This document shows, one piece after another, positions 1-14,782 of a DNA stretch of 64,000 nt; within the stretch, counting starts at the first letter, position 1; every line of letters begins with the position of its first letter. Source of the DNA: Paraphysomonas bandaiensis. Taxonomy: Eukaryota; Protista; Chrysophyceae. The stretch covers positions 62,001-126,000 of the forward strand of contig CBFFRP010000144.1 in NCBI GenBank assembly GCA_965644295.1, read 5' to 3'. The position numbers and the translations under genes were made by a program. The notes under the pieces were generated by a model. That model saw only the letters and a program-made list of their open reading frames with translations. It made no database searches and was not told where the DNA came from.

Positions 1-7
1 TAAGTGT

Positions 8-959
8 ATGACAACGTATACTACCACAGATGGTGATGTATGCAAGGAATCGACGGTTGAAAACGGTGCGCACGAACATGTCCTCGACTTTATCGGAGGT
101 AATAGTCGAAGTTTATTTGATGAGGTATTGAATATGGATGACACATGCACTGTAGTGACAAGCGTTTGTAGAGTACTATGTCAGAAATGATTGTGAATCA
201 ATCGCGAATTGTCAGTGTGAGTGGGATCCACTTGAAAATCGTGACCGTTGATCAGAATATATATCCCACAAGATTAAATGTCTCAGAATTCAACCAGTAC
301 TTTAGTGATTCCACACGAGTGAGTATTTATCTTGTGTTCATTGCGGTGGAAACCCTAATTGTGTTGTTACCCAGCTCGGTGAGTTTCCTCAGGGTTTATC
401 TGTTCAAAGTCCTTCTCGAGCGTCCACATCTACTACTCCAACAACTGACTGGACTGTTCGCTGCGTCAGTAGCATTCTGAAAGACACCATTCCAGATGAT
501 GCTGCTGATATATCCGTGGCCAAGGATCCTATGTTTTCTGCCACCAAACCACTAGCCAAGTTATCATCTCGACAACCTAATCCAGCCGCAGAAGAGAAAG
601 GTCCCCTCCATAGCAACACAGGTTGACTACTGTGATGTTATACATATACCATAATAACGGCTTTAACACGCATAGGATCGCCCACAACTCCACAACCGGT
701 GGAGTGTGACCTCGATGTACCTCTTCATACTTCTCAGCAGAACGTGCCAATTCATAAGTTGTCGCACATTGAAGCTCAGCAATCATCACCTGCAAATCTG
801 ATATCTGGAATTGCAACCACTCAAGTATCTAAACCTGACACGTGGTCAGAAAACAATAGTGTGACAGCGTTGTCTTCTGCCGCTGAACAATACTTGCGGT
901 CTCTCCCGGATTTGTGGTATATGCTTATTCCACCTATCATTGAAAATGCGAAAGAATAA
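8..959 (+). pseudogene. Possible decayed Cys-rich coding or transposon fragment (tentatively CxC/KDZ-associated type)
   Basis: Broken frames contain Cys clusters (VCRVLCQK, CESIANCQCEWDPLE, LSCVHCGGNPNCVV) separated by stops and frameshifts, and I found no consistent GT-AG splice path. The family assignment is a weak resemblance only. Confidence 0.2.
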
Positions 960-1237
960 TATATGATTCGTTAAACGGGTAGTGTTGTCCATACGACTTG
1001 AAATGAAGCGTAGAGATAGTGTACTTTTGTACGACTATTGTCAAGCGTAGTTATACATGTTTAATAACCAGATGTTCGTGTAGTATGTCTCACTGCTGCA
1101 ATCACCTGAAACTAGTGTTTAGCGCAGGTTGAAATCGGAAGTTCCTCACACTACATGTACGTTGAATGTACATGTACAAAGATAGAAAAAATATCGCTGT
1201 AGACCACTACTAATTCAGAATTTATAATAATAATATG

Positions 1238-1544
1238 TAGTGGTGAATGTCTGATTATTAGCAATAGGCGTTGAAGAGCCTGAACTAATGTAGCAAAACA
1301 ATTTAACTAACTAGTGCTTAACTCTGATATCCTACTAGCTAACTAGTTAACGCTACGAAAGCTGCTTGTGGGTCACCGCAAGCGCGTAAGTGTAACCACT
1401 TTCGCACTATCACTCAAAGCAAATGCAGTGAACAAGCAGAAGAATGTTGATATACCTGACATCTGCTCGGATGCTTGACTTCAGCAGGCAGCCCAATACC
1501 CCGGATGTCCTTGAGATGGGCCCAAAGACATCTACACTAGTGAC
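1238..1544. repeat. Dispersed repeat, copy 1 (copy 2 at 37635-37975)
   Basis: Shares colinear blocks with copy 2: gtgaatgtct, actctgatatcctacta, ttaacgctacgaaagctgcttgtg, ctatcactcaaa, aatgttgatatacctgacatctgct, cggatgcttga, ccttgagrtgggccca. Confidence 0.9.
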
Positions 1545-2553
1545 ACATATATTAGTTTCCGTTGTACCACACCAGCATGTGGCAGTATAGTTCTGTAGTA
1601 ACGCACTATAGCCACGTATATGAGGCATGTGAAATGCCACGTGGTCACACAGTCTCAATATGTATACCAAAATTGCAATAGGTTTGGCACATAGACTTCC
1701 TGGGAAATTTCCCAAGTAGATGATGGAAGAAGGTGAGTCATCCAGAAAGGAAATTTAAAAAGTACATCCGCTATAACTCTATATAGTCTAAAGTTACAAA
1801 GAAAAATAACTTGCGGTGTGAAGGTGAAGTATCGGTTATCGTGATTTCATGGCATTGATTCCATTATCGCATCGTAATGTGGGTAAGCTGATATATACTT
1901 AATGATCTCTACTAGTCCTGATAATGACTTCGTTATAACTTGTTATGCTCGTTTCAGTTGCAGGTAACACTGAAGCTTTACCACAGTCGTTTATCGCAGT
2001 CCTAGTTCCAGAAACTATCAAAATTCACGTAAACGATATACCCTCAATGAACATTGTAGATAATCTAGTATTCCACAAGAGATCATAGTGTATTGAGATC
2101 CCACACCATTTCATTAGCAAAATATTGTCAGGCTTATATCTATCGAATCGTTTATCAATACTGCAATGATGTCAAATTCTGATCTATGAAAGAGCTTCGA
2201 AATCTACGGTCGAAAATATTATTATACTGTAAACGCAGGGAAGAAACACCTGAATCGAAGCCTGCTACGTTTGATGAAAGCAACATTGGGTATGTAGAAT
2301 GTAGCACATTCAGCTAGTCATCGCTTCTCGCACCGTCCCAACAAGTACTGCTGTTGATATATCCTTGACAAAATCCTTAACAAAACAACGACCAGCTACT
2401 ACATTATAACTGCACCAAATATTCACGTCAGCTGATCGATATCAATAAATAACAATTTGAACGTATGGAAACATCTCACGAGCTCCCTATGCTACAATAC
2501 TTTGTATGAATAATTATTTACATATACAGCAGCAAATATATTACAACACTACA

Positions 2554-5500
2554 TTAAGACATCATATTGCTGTGCGAAGTCATCCTTCTAGATCGTTGCG
2601 ATGGTTGTAAGCTTTTAGAGGAATCTTTGCTGATCGGAGTAAATGAAAATTTCAGTTTTTTGGGACTGTAGTTCTCATTACTCATGTAGCGATCCTGCAG
2701 TTGTTCGTACTCAGAAGCGATTTTCTCCATTCCTACAACAATAATATCTCTATAAATTTCCCACATCATGAAAGCCTCATCAATTGGCACATCGGGGAGT
2801 ACATCATCAATAGGACTGGAACCTGGAGATGGAGACTCAGCAATATCACTTAAAGAATGAGACAGCATTCCCTTTTTCCGGACAGGCGGTGTAACAACCT
2901 TTTTCTGTTTAGTACCCGAAGACGCTATCGGCTGAATGTGTGCAGATGCCAAGTCACATGCCACACATACGCCAACTACACTCGACCAAAACTCTTTCAC
3001 TAAGTCGCTTCTTATTTCTGCAGAATCTGTTGACATTATTCTGGGCGGTGGATCTATGTTACGAAGCTGTTTTTGTCGCTCCGCACTGCGATTCCTTTCG
3101 CTGACGTCAAGTGGGTAAAACAACTTCGGGTCACTGGCAAGCTCTCGAATCAAAATGACAGCCGAGCTCTTTGAAGGCAAGTGCCCACATATCCAATAGA
3201 ATAACACCAACTTATCTTGTTTGTCCAGTCGCGGTGATGACGCGAACAGGCGCTCGCCAAATTCAGCAACAGACACATCGTCTTCATCATGACTGAGAAG
3301 CTTAAATCTACATATCCAATTATCTCGGGTTCCACGTATGTTAGCTGCAGCAGATATCTTTAGGGCATCGGATGGACTAACGTTAGTGTTTTCAGGTGTG
3401 GTAACGAAAGCAGGGTCCATGAGAGAATAGTGAAGTTGCCGGCCCGACTTTCCGCCAGATCCTGACGAGGAAGCGCCACTGATTCCAGTGATCCCACCTG
3501 TTCCACCTACATCGCTTGAGACAACCGGCAATGGCTGTAGCCAGACCTTGACAGCTTTTAACGACGAATCCCAGGGGCTATATATCTTTTCGTTATATCC
3601 GTACAGGAATATCGACTCATGCATATGACGAATACACCCTGCGGAGAGCACGGTACGGGCATCTGGCCGAGACTTCACTTGCGACAACAGAAAGCACTCC
3701 AAATAATTTTCGAAATAATTGGATGGAGGGAAGAACTTCAAACATGCCCGCAATACTCCCCATACGCGAAGCTCGGCATCTTCCGAAGGATTTTCACGGA
3801 TTTGCTTCACACACTGCATTAATATTTCATCTCGCATGATGGGACAGCATCGTCCCAAATTGATCAAGTTACGAAGGAGTACTTCTGGGGCACAAGAAGA
3901 GTTTTCCTCCAACACTTTAGTGGAGTGTGTAAAAATAATAACTGCAAGAGCAGCTAACACTGGCGTCAATTTGGTCAGGGATGTGCCGATTAAGCCATCA
4001 GTATGCCGCAACATGGAGTGTTTTAATTCGGTTGACTCCAAAGCCAGGCGCATCGAAAACTCAGATGGAGATCTTAGTCTGCCAAATTTCTCGATTGAGA
4101 ACTCCTCCTGACACTCCGGTAGCCTCAGGAATGATTTTTTAATTTTAATAGTTTCTGTTGCCACGCCATACGAATTTTTGTCAGCCGCAGCTTCAGCTAT
4201 GAGAACGCGAGTTAAACTAGCTTCATTAAGATGTAACAGAATAGCCGCACGACGAGCAACGGGGTGGTTTTTTATTCCTAGTGATGTCGCTAGGTCGTAT
4301 ATCATACGTTGTGCTGCCCGGCCTGTCACCATTCCACAACCATTCAAGTTCAAATCTTTCAAGCCAGTTTCGAACTGACGAAGGACTGCTAGTCGTGATG
4401 TTGCATTGTCTATGAGGTAACCACTTATATTAAGCTTTTTTGCAGCCTCAAGAGCATCTTCTATACTATAAATACAAGGAAATTAAAACCGTGAACAAAT
4501 CTGGGCAATACCCACCTTGATATTTTGTATATATGGGACGCGGCGTTCAACTCCTTTCTGACTTTGTTGATAGATTTCAGTACCGATTGCGCCCGTTCGA
4601 GAGTTCGGACAAGCCCCAAATCACCGCTTACTGCCACGCTGGCTTCCCTTGCCTCGAGTATGATAGTCTCCAGGTTGTCCGCATTGCCCTTCGTGATACC
4701 CTCTCTCAAGTCTTTGCAGAGTCGCATCATATGTAGAGCTCGGCCTATTTCCGTTGCGTAGTGGCTCAGCTCGTCCTGCACAGAGGTGTGTACTCCTTGA
4801 TGAATGGCCTCTTCAGACAGGTTTCCAGCAAGCTGTATAGATCCATCGTGAAGAGCTTTCCTTACTTCCGCGACAATGGCTGCAGATAAAAGTAATTTTT
4901 CCACTTGTTCCTGTACCTTACTCTTCGGAGCTGTAGTTTCAACCTTCAGGTCAGGTTTCTTACCGTCAGAAGCTCCAACATCGCCTTGAGGATAATGCTT
5001 GCGATACCGCTTTAGCGCCGGCGATGTGACAGGTACACCAACCACCCCAGATGATCCAGATGATTCATCCATGGAAGATAATGCAGCAACAATATCGCTT
5101 TTCCCCCCTGCACTTGAATAACGTAGTGATAGTTTCTTCATATCACTTGCAATTCCAAGGTCATGCATGCTACGCTCTGCCCTTGATATGGCATCTATTA
5201 GGCTATCCACTTGCAACGGATCAGTATCAACGATCCTGGACACAAATAAAATGAACACTTCAAAACAATTGAAAGCAAGTAATTACCCATTGCTACATCT
5301 CGCCCAGCCAGTTTTCAGTGCTTTAGACAGATCTACAATAGATGTGCGCATTTCTAGCTGGTTGCGAATAACCTGTAACTCTTTCTCCGCCATTTCATCA
5401 ACACCAGCAATATCTTCACCACTGTTTGCGTCCAAATCGATCAATAGCTCTTCTACTTTGGGCCAATCATTCTGCTTCATCGCGGCACGTAGACAGCGTA

Positions 5501-8500
5501 TGGTATATACAGTCTTATACAGCAATTTAGCCTTTTGAGTGTATAGTCCATGTTGGCGTGCTTGTGCGAGTGCTTCATCCAGAGTACAGATGTCTATTGT
5601 ATCCAGGTCTATGTCCGCCCGGTTCATACTTGCATAGGAATAGCGGCGAGAGGGTTTGCCGGAGGTTGCAGAAACTGAAGAGGGTGTTCCTACTTTCCGA
5701 TCACCCCGCGACTTGGACAAATTTCGAGGAGAATAAATATCAGGTCCATCAGAGGAAAGACGAATTAATCCGTCCTGGTCCTGATCTCCCGTAATCTTGA
5801 GAGACATTTCCAAAGAGGTAGAACTCGAGACATCGAAAGATTCAAAAGCTGAAGTCAGGGCAGAAATTGCAGCAGAATTGTCTCTTTCAGATCTCGCAAA
5901 AGCCACTTCCTCCACGACAACAGCAGGGAGAGTTTTTCCCCATGATGCCAACATTTCCAAAGCTTTCGATATACCATCATTGTCTTTTGCACGCTGAGCG
6001 CATCTCAAGCAGTATATCATCTCTGCAACATCGACAATATCACGAACTTCAGGTGTTTGATATGTAGCATCGTGAGCTTGGGCCAATAGCTTCGAAAGCG
6101 CGGTAGTATCGACAGCAGAAACATTCATTTCACCTAACTCCCCAGTTGCATATCCAGTCTGTAATGCTGCTGTCAAGCCTGTAATTAAAAGAGCATTTTG
6201 ATGCATGATGAACGCCTTCTTTGCTTCGTCTTGAACACATGGTGGGCAGCGATACACATTCACTTCGAACCATCGCAGCGCCTGCGCTACCTGTATGTTA
6301 TCTTGAGTGGACAGACCCACCCTGAGGAGGTGGACATTCTTGGCACACTCCAGTAACTGTTGCGTTGATATAGCAGTGATGTCGGAGGCCTCTGCTTCAT
6401 CAATTACAGCAGACAAATACTCATGATATGGATCGTCTTCACTGCTGGGGTCACTGCCGAGAACTTCTTCCAGTTTATTGGCTGTAATTCGATTATGTGC
6501 CTCTTGTCGGGCACTGATCAGCTCAGGAACGGCATATGGAACGAGTGAAATTGGATGAACAACATCTTCTCTAGAAGCTAATAAATTCACATATTCCCAG
6601 TCCGAATTGATAACCGCATCTCGTAAAAGACGTAGGCTGCGAGCACAATTACATAAATCATCTAATACGATGGTCGAAAAGTCAAGTTTCTCAACATATG
6701 ATATAATATCATCCAGTGATTCACAAGACAAAAAGGATTCACTTGGCACATTCACGCTTGTACGAGTACTTGAGGAAGTACCACCGATACTCGCAGCACT
6801 TCTCGATGCATATACTCTACACGCCATAGTAACACTGTCTTCAAGCTGCTTATTCACTTCCCGAATATGGGCATCTTGAGTGACGAGAGCAACCTACAAA
6901 CACAAGCACAGTAACCACAACGATCATATTTTAAGTAATGAGCTGCTACTACCTCATTACGACAGAGTAGCCAGCCAGCATCCTTCGGATTCCTACTTTT
7001 TACTTCATACATGGACTGTACAATAGACTTGACACTACTCAAGGCTTGTGAAGCGGATTCCGGATTTTCGTACGCTCGTAATAGAGCTTCTCTAAGCGAC
7101 ATCACAGACCGGCTTGCATTAAGCAACTCATTCGCCCGTTTCGATTTTACAGCAGTTTCCATGGCAAAATCACAAGCGGCAGCAATCCCTCGAACATCGA
7201 CATCCGTGAGGTCAAGATTTCCCGGTTTACCTGAAATACTTCCCTTGCATATTTCATCTTCCAAATGTCCACATACCATAATATTTTCCGCAACAGAGAG
7301 TACCAGATTTATTTCCGGAAGACCACGCGAATGCATGTTTCCTGCTTCAAGAAGATCAGCAGCTCTGTCACGTACCTGTTCCCACGGAGTCGGATCCTCC
7401 ACTAGCATTGCTCGAAGTTTCAGGATCTCTTCTGAGGTATGAAGCAAAGAAAGTGCCTCATCAGTGCGAGGAGTAAGCGTGCGGCATGCATTAATCGCGC
7501 CGCTCAACAGCTCGCAGTTCACATCAGAAGTATCTTTAAAGTCGTCGACAGTTCCATCGAGACGACCAGTTTCAAGAGCCGTGCTGATGTTATTGATTAT
7601 CCATCGGTTCTCACACTCTAGTCGAATTACTTGGACCTCTTGTCGACATGCATCAGGAAGGGGATGATATGTGCCAGTCAGTGCTTCTTCCAGCAAAGCT
7701 GGAACGCTATCCCACTGTCCTTTAAGTATCGCTGTTCGAATATCTAGCATCAAGTGCGCAGCCTTACAAAGCTTTTCTACCGGCGTTGGCAACGTGCTGT
7801 TAGTTGCTTTTAGGAGTGCGTCCTTTCGTTCTAGTACAAGCTCAAGTCCATCAGTTCGAATTTTTGATAAATCGATTTGACCAACCATTTCATTAGACGA
7901 CACACCATTCTCAAGGAGTGCTTTAGATACTTCTCCTTCCAGTTGAATCATGGTTACATGATTCTGAAGTAAGTCAAGTTCCTCCATCAACACACTCATT
8001 AAATAGTCGAATTCCTTCTTTGAAAACTGTGCCACCGAACCAACAGCGCTTGGCCCTTTCATATCAAATGACTGTCCACTTTCACTTTTCGTAGGGTCAG
8101 GAATATCCACAGAATCACGTTGCTTCAGTGAAGACAGTTCATCCGTGATTTCAGTGGACTTAAGCTTCAGCTGTTTAATCTTCTCCAACCACATCGAAGA
8201 CAAGTTTCTTACAATGTTCCACTGCGACTGTGACGCCGCTTTACGACCTTTTAGCACTATTTCAGATAGACTGTGGAGTCCCATGAGAAACTCTCCTCTT
8301 GACGTCGATGGAACAGATGCTACGTTTCCAAGTGCAGCTGTCAGTTTGTAGAACTCTATTTTTTCACAATCGATATCCCCAGGGCGTCCTTTTATAGCCT
8401 CTTCCAATAACGATGTCTTTAGAGCTCGTAGGGCGTCTTGGTTGTGAACTGCAACACCGATGGCCTCAATTTCCACGGTGCACATTGTTGTGTACTTGCC

Positions 8501-11500
8501 AAAACTTCCTGCAGATGGATCTCCTAGACCTTCGTCTTTGGCACGCATTAACTGCTTTCTAGCACCACCCCAGTCACCTGTCAAAACAGACCTACGGAGG
8601 TCACGAATAATAAGTAGTGCAGAATATAATATATCAGCCCTACGAGTTTTGCATCCTTTCGTTTGGCATTTGTGAATAGCCTCTTCCAGAGATGATATCG
8701 TGGCGTGGGACATATCCAAAAACCCGAGATCAACAGTACTCGGTTGTGGCTGGTCACTCATCAGTGCGTTTTCACAACTTGCAACAAGAAGGGCGTTGCC
8801 AACTACGCTATTAGCTTCCGCAATCTCGGGCGCAATACATGGTGTAGCTTCTGCTAATTTGGCAGCATCAATTTCTTTCAAAAAGACGTTAGCCATATCC
8901 CATTGACAATTCGTGACAGCAAGTCGTAAGCGCTGTATAAGCGTGGCACTTCCAATGAGTGAGAGAAGATATGGGGAGAGCGCAGTTTCGCTGTATCTTT
9001 CTTGTAATCTTCTGGCAACTTCAAGTCCCTCTTGAAGCAGTTCAGTTGACAAAACTTCCATGTTCGGTACAAATTCATCCTCTATGTCAATTTTTGCAGT
9101 GTTGGATGATGATTCAGAAGTCGCAACTCGCATAACAGAGTGTCTGCGGGCAGATTTTTCCGATGATACGAGCAAATATTTTACCGGCAAAGGGAGGGTA
9201 AGTCCTTTCTCTAACAAAGCAGTGCTCTCCCTGTAGTCAGTTTCACAGCCCATCACATGCACTTCATCCATTATTTCCTCTGGAAAATGGTCACGGAGAT
9301 TTTCAAGTTCACGGAAAGCTACTCGTTGCTCATTTGTACCCAACAGCTGAAACGCACGCCGCGCCTCGATTAAGCATTTCGCGACAGTTACTAGTGTTTT
9401 CAATGTACTTTTGGATCGTGGATCTTCTTTGAGACATTCTTCTGCAATTCGGATTCCGCTTTTCAAGCTGTCACTGCTTATATCTTTTTTGTTTATTTGG
9501 CCAATCGTCCCAGAAACTGCTCCAACCTGCACAATTAAAATTATCAACGTGAGCCACAATTACAAATTGTCAACCTTCATGGCTTTCAATAGCACTTGCT
9601 TGGCGTTAAAATTTCTGGACTCAGCCACCGTTATCAGCAACTAAAACATTATAACAGCAGTGAACTGTCATCGAAAACAACAGCAATATACTGTACCTCC
9701 TCTTTTACTTTGGCTAGTACTTTCGGGATCCAATGATCGTTGTTGTTGCGTCGAGAGATGGGTATATCAAACTTATCTAGGCGATTCATTTCCAACACTT
9801 GTTCATAATTTTCTGAATGAAAATAAGTTCGGGCAGTGTTGACAACTGAAGCAGTTTCATATAATCGTCTGGATAGAGTACAAAAGTATCGCTCTTGTAT
9901 TTTTTCCACTGATAAACTCTAAAGCAATGGTTAGGTATAAAACGTTGAGTGTTAATAAAAATTACCTCATCGTTAGTTTCTACTCGCCAAAGAGTCACTA
10001 CCTCTTCCAAGGATTTCGAAATGACTTCTGTGTGCTCCTTATTCTGACACAAGTTAGAAAATATTAATAAGTGCGGAAACTAACCAATATGAGCTGTGTC
10101 GATCCGCTTTCATCTTTAAATGTGCGCGGTTGCTCTAACGCAGTAGCTATTACACACTGTCAACGTGATTAGTCAGTACAATGCAATAAAGTTGAGTGGG
10201 ATACCTCAGCGTATCTTTCCATAGCATATTTTCTAGATGTCATTACTTCTCTCCGAATATCGTCAACCACTTGTTTAAATGGCCCAGAAAGGTCGATACT
10301 GCGTTCAACTAGCATTGCATTGTACAATCGGGTCCCATCATCAATGTGAGATAGATCTCTCAGAGGAAAAGATGGTATAGATAACTTTTCTGGTGGCTCA
10401 GGAAAGTCCTCAATGATACCTTCATTTCCCTCCGCACTTCCTGTGTCGTCCCCACTGCAGTCAACAGGGGTATTTTTATACAACTCCTCCATGCCAAATC
10501 CCATAGACGACTTCTTTCTTAAAACCTTTTTTCCTCTAGCTGATTCCATTGCTGCATACAACTCAGAGCGTCGCATGAAACGGCACGAAGTCACAGGGGA
10601 GGACTCTGTTAATGCGAGTATAACTTCGAAGTTATCATCATGCACAGCCTTACGGAGAGAAAGAACGCTTTCAACTAAATGCAACAGGCAACTTGCCTTG
10701 GCACCAATTGATTCTATCTTTTTCACGTTCGAAATTGCAGCTTCCAGCGGATTTGGGTCAACACTTACAGATGACACCTCACCTTGAATTTCAGCCTCAC
10801 CACTTGACACGCCTTCACAGAGCATTGGCAATACGACATGTACATCTACTCCTTGAGCAACGAGAGCAACTTCTTCTCTTATAGCTCTTGTTATGGAATT
10901 GCTGAGAGTCCTCAAGCTATCTGACACTATCGAGCACTCGGGTGGCCATATACTTTTCGACATTGCAAGAATATCTACAACTGTATCTGCTACTTTCCTC
11001 CAGCATCCAGCAAGCCAGGAATTCCTTATATCGATAATGGCATCGACAACTCCTAACATATTCTGCGATGGTATAGTGGTCAATGGATGTGTATATCCGC
11101 TTTTCTCAAGCACAGGTGATACACATTTCTTGAGGTCTGCAATTGATGACCGTAACAACTCTCTTACTCTATCACTATCAGAAACAGATTCCAAAGCCTC
11201 GCCTAATTCATCAGTCATCGCCATTGAAATCTCACCCTGCGAATCCCTTAAAATATCACTAGATGCCCTTATCACATCGATCTCCGTCATGAGTCTTGCA
11301 TGTAATTCCGCAGCAGGTTTTCTTTCATTTTCACAAAATGGTCCAAATTCATCTGTCAACTCGTTGATTCTCGCCAAGCAATGGCCAAGCTCTTCTTCAT
11401 CGAGTACATTCAGCGCCTTGCGTAATGACTGCACAGCTTCTGAGCGACTCCTAAGTTCGCACTTCTTAGAATTTACAGCAGTAAAAGTTTGATGAACAAT

Positions 11501-14421
11501 TTCCAACTGTTCCGCTTCCTTTACAACTTCGCAAAGTGCATTATATTCCTCAACTACATCCAAATATTTACCGGACAAATCTTCAGCGAGAAATATGTTT
11601 AGGTTGTCAATACAAACGCTAACTGTTTGGAGACGCTCCAATAAGATTCTACCTTCCTTTACAACATAACATTGAAGGTCAACATCATAGCAATACTGCA
11701 AACTGTTGTAGATATCAGGTATTGCATCAATTTCACTCATATTGTTTTGCATTCCCCATTTCATAGCTGTCAGTACTTGACTCCTCGCGTCCCACAAAAC
11801 ATGGAAACGCTCGGCAGCCTTATGCCGCCGGTGTGTTGCTTGTATAAAGAGTACCGCACGTAACCCCACGTCCATCTTGTCTTGCTCAAGCGCGTTGTGA
11901 ACGTCTGGTCTATAGAACACCATCGTGCGACCAAGCTTCATGTCTGTGTACACAGATTTTTTGTTCGCCAAGCCCTCGAGTACAGCTGCGCACCGCTTAC
12001 TGTCGGACTCCATGGCATTCAAGACAGGGACTGGAATGCCGGAAAGCAACCTATAAGACGCAAGGAAATCAGCATGAAGCTTTCTCGTCGGATATCCACT
12101 TTTACGAATCTGTATGGCCTATAGCAAAGAAGTAATTCAAATTCGCTAACAAAGCTATATGCAAGACCTACCTCGAGCACACCACTGTACCGGAGCTGGC
12201 GGAGAACTAGATCTGCATCAAAATGATTTCCACTCTTAATATTATTGGGCTTGATGCAGCGGACAAAGTGGGGCTCTGACTCCTGCAGAACGGTCACAAG
12301 CTGTTGAAGCTGACCTGTGAAACGTGAGGCCAGTGTATCTAGCTGTCGCTGGTGTTTGCTGGGATGCCCGCTGCCACTCAGCTTTCTGCTGTCATTTACA
12401 CTTGACAACATGTCCGGGCTGTTGGAATGCATGATGTCTTTAAATCTTAGCACTGATGACTTTGCTATCATCGATTCCAGGTGATCATACATTTTATCTT
12501 TATTTTTATCCAGAAAGTTAGTAGCGTCATATAACACTGACCCTGCAAAGTGATTGATCTCAAAGTGCTCATTTCTCATCCGAAAGTCACGTTTGAATCT
12601 GGATGATTTCTCCTTGTGTTCTTTCTCAACCTTTCTGATAAACCCTTGGTCGCTTCCTTGAGGCAGTCTGAGTTCTTCATCAAGTAGTGCAAAAACACCA
12701 AACGGCTTTGATTCGAGTAGACTGAGCACATCCTGGTTATCCAAGGTCTCCACTCGCTCAACAGTTATTCCTTCTGCTGAATACGTTTCTTGCTCCCTCT
12801 TCAAAACATAGTTGATAAAATATTGCTGCAGCTTCTCGTTACCATAATTGATACAGAGCTGTTCAAAGGAATTCGATGTAAAGATTTCGAATCCAAATAT
12901 ATCTAAGAGACCAATGGATACTATTTGTCCACTCTGTGCAGACATTCGACGTTTTCCCTGCCTTTGGCGCTGGTGATTCTCTTTCGACAGCTTGGGGCTC
13001 TCCGTGAACGCAAGTGACTTGTTTGCATAGGAAACTATATGAGAGAACAATCTACCGTATATTTCCTTCGCAAAAGCATTTCTGGTGTCCACAGCTTGCT
13101 CCGTGTCCAGCGGAACTACCATAACCTCCCCCCTCACTTGTATGGTGCGGATCGTTAAGGCTTCAGCCAGATCATCCTCTATAAACCCCAGTAGCTCAGC
13201 AGCTCGTGCCAGGCATCCCCTTGACTCATCACTTAATGCTGCTCCACTGTCAGTGGAATCAGGGACAAATGTAGTGTTGCCCAGATAGAGTATAGCTTTG
13301 AGGGCGTCGAATATAGCGGTTCTATCTTCCTCTATAGTAGGAGCCAATGAACATTATAGCAAAATATGTTTGTCATCATTCCTTACCGCTAAAGTTCAGA
13401 TCATGGAAGGCCCGAAGTGTCTCTTGAAAGTCAGCATAATCGTCAACTCCTTCAATGACTACACATCCGGACTGATTGAGGTATGCATAGTCCTCCGGAT
13501 CTCCGAGTCCAAGGTCGGGATCGGAGCACATCTGGTAGAAAATGTGATAATTTCGCTCCTCTTCGGCTTGACTCACGACACGACTCTTCTCCAGCAAGTA
13601 CTGAGTAATATTGGCACCGACTAGACAAAACTTTCCTCTACCACAGTTGAAGTTTATTTCCAGCCATTTTCCAAACCGGCTGGAATTGTTATTGCGGCAA
13701 GTCTTGGAATTACCGAAACTCTCGAGAAGAGGGTTTGACCCAAGTACCCGGTCCTCAATTGCGGTTGTATCGCCCCCGGTGCTATTACCCCCCCCAGCAC
13801 TCACCATAGAAGCGGCGGAAAGATATTGTAAACACTTTTTGGTCGTTTCAGTCTTTCCCTGTTAAGCAGAATACCATGAGCAAAGTGAAAGTGATTGTGA
13901 AGTAGCCAACTTACCGCTCCACTCTCTCCACTGATTACAATAGCTTGCCTCACATACTTTTGCTTCAGTGACAAATAAGCTTCCCGTGCGATAGCCCATA
14001 TATGTGGCGGTTGCCCTTTCGAATCTATTCTATTTGGATCCAAGAAATAATTAAACATTTGTTCACTGTACAGTTCTTCCAGAAAGCAGTAAGGATTGAT
14101 CGCAATCAAAATAGGGCCAATTGCGGAATATATTTTCTGAATATTATAACGCTGATGCAGATTCCAAAGTATAGAGGGCTCAGATATGTCGACAGCATCT
14201 GTGAGGTCATCGTACAGTGACTTGAGCGTTATCTCACCAGGAGAAGGAATCATGCTCACGATGGACACCCTGCTGGTCCACACCACATGACTACCCTCAT
14301 ATAGCTCCATCTGATACTCCCCATTAGGACTTGGATCGACAGATATGAGTCTAGCAGCCGTATAAGAGTCATCCTCGTCCTCCACCCAATAGTACTGGTC
14401 CTTTATTAGCTCCACAGCCAT
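2554..14421 (-). CDS. Giant unconventional myosin: motor domain, IQ, long helical-repeat tail, C-terminal MyTH4 (about 12 exons, roughly 3,750 aa)
   Basis: The P-loop GESGA|GKTE is reconstituted across intron 13914-13859. Switch I NNNSSRFGK, switch II DIFGFE, FEQLCINYGNEKLQQYF and PHFVRCIKPN are present, plus an IQ-like IQATHRRHKA and a MyTH4-like RDEILMQCVKQIRENPS...W...CLKFFPPSNYFENYLECFL. All ORF pieces join in phase through 11 GT-AG introns traced by eye. Confidence 0.93.
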
Positions 14422-14782
14422 ATCGATATATGGGTAACTGCCACACCTAACACATTCACCTACTCCCTCATTGTACGAGTTTTCATGCTATCTGTGTGGA
14501 TAATGTGAGCGAGGATATGGATACACAGTGAGTGCATATATGCCGCATGCATGAGCATGTCACTCACCTACAGCTACAGCGCTGCGTATATTGCTGTACA
14601 TACATAGCAATGCCACTGTAGTTCCGTTACCGTATTCCATGGTATTCGTACATGTCGAGAGGTGTGCTGGTCTGTCCAGTCCATGACGTGGTTATGTATG
14701 TGCTGTGCTCTATGTACAGTGTGTCTCCATAGCTTCACCAGGATATCTCTGATCCTCAGGGAAGGCACCATCAGTTGGCGAT
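14422..14782. promoter_or_regulatory. Putative bidirectional promoter, myosin/SURF1
   Basis: About 360 bp between divergent starts, rich in TACA/GTAT/TGTG motifs like the other head-to-head spacers. Confidence 0.5.

Noticed and set aside
2320-2345. atcgcttctcg resembling the 5' end of U2 snRNA
   Set aside because: The match stops after ~11 nt, with no branch-point recognition sequence or Sm site. No tRNA, rRNA or snRNA was recognised elsewhere in the window.
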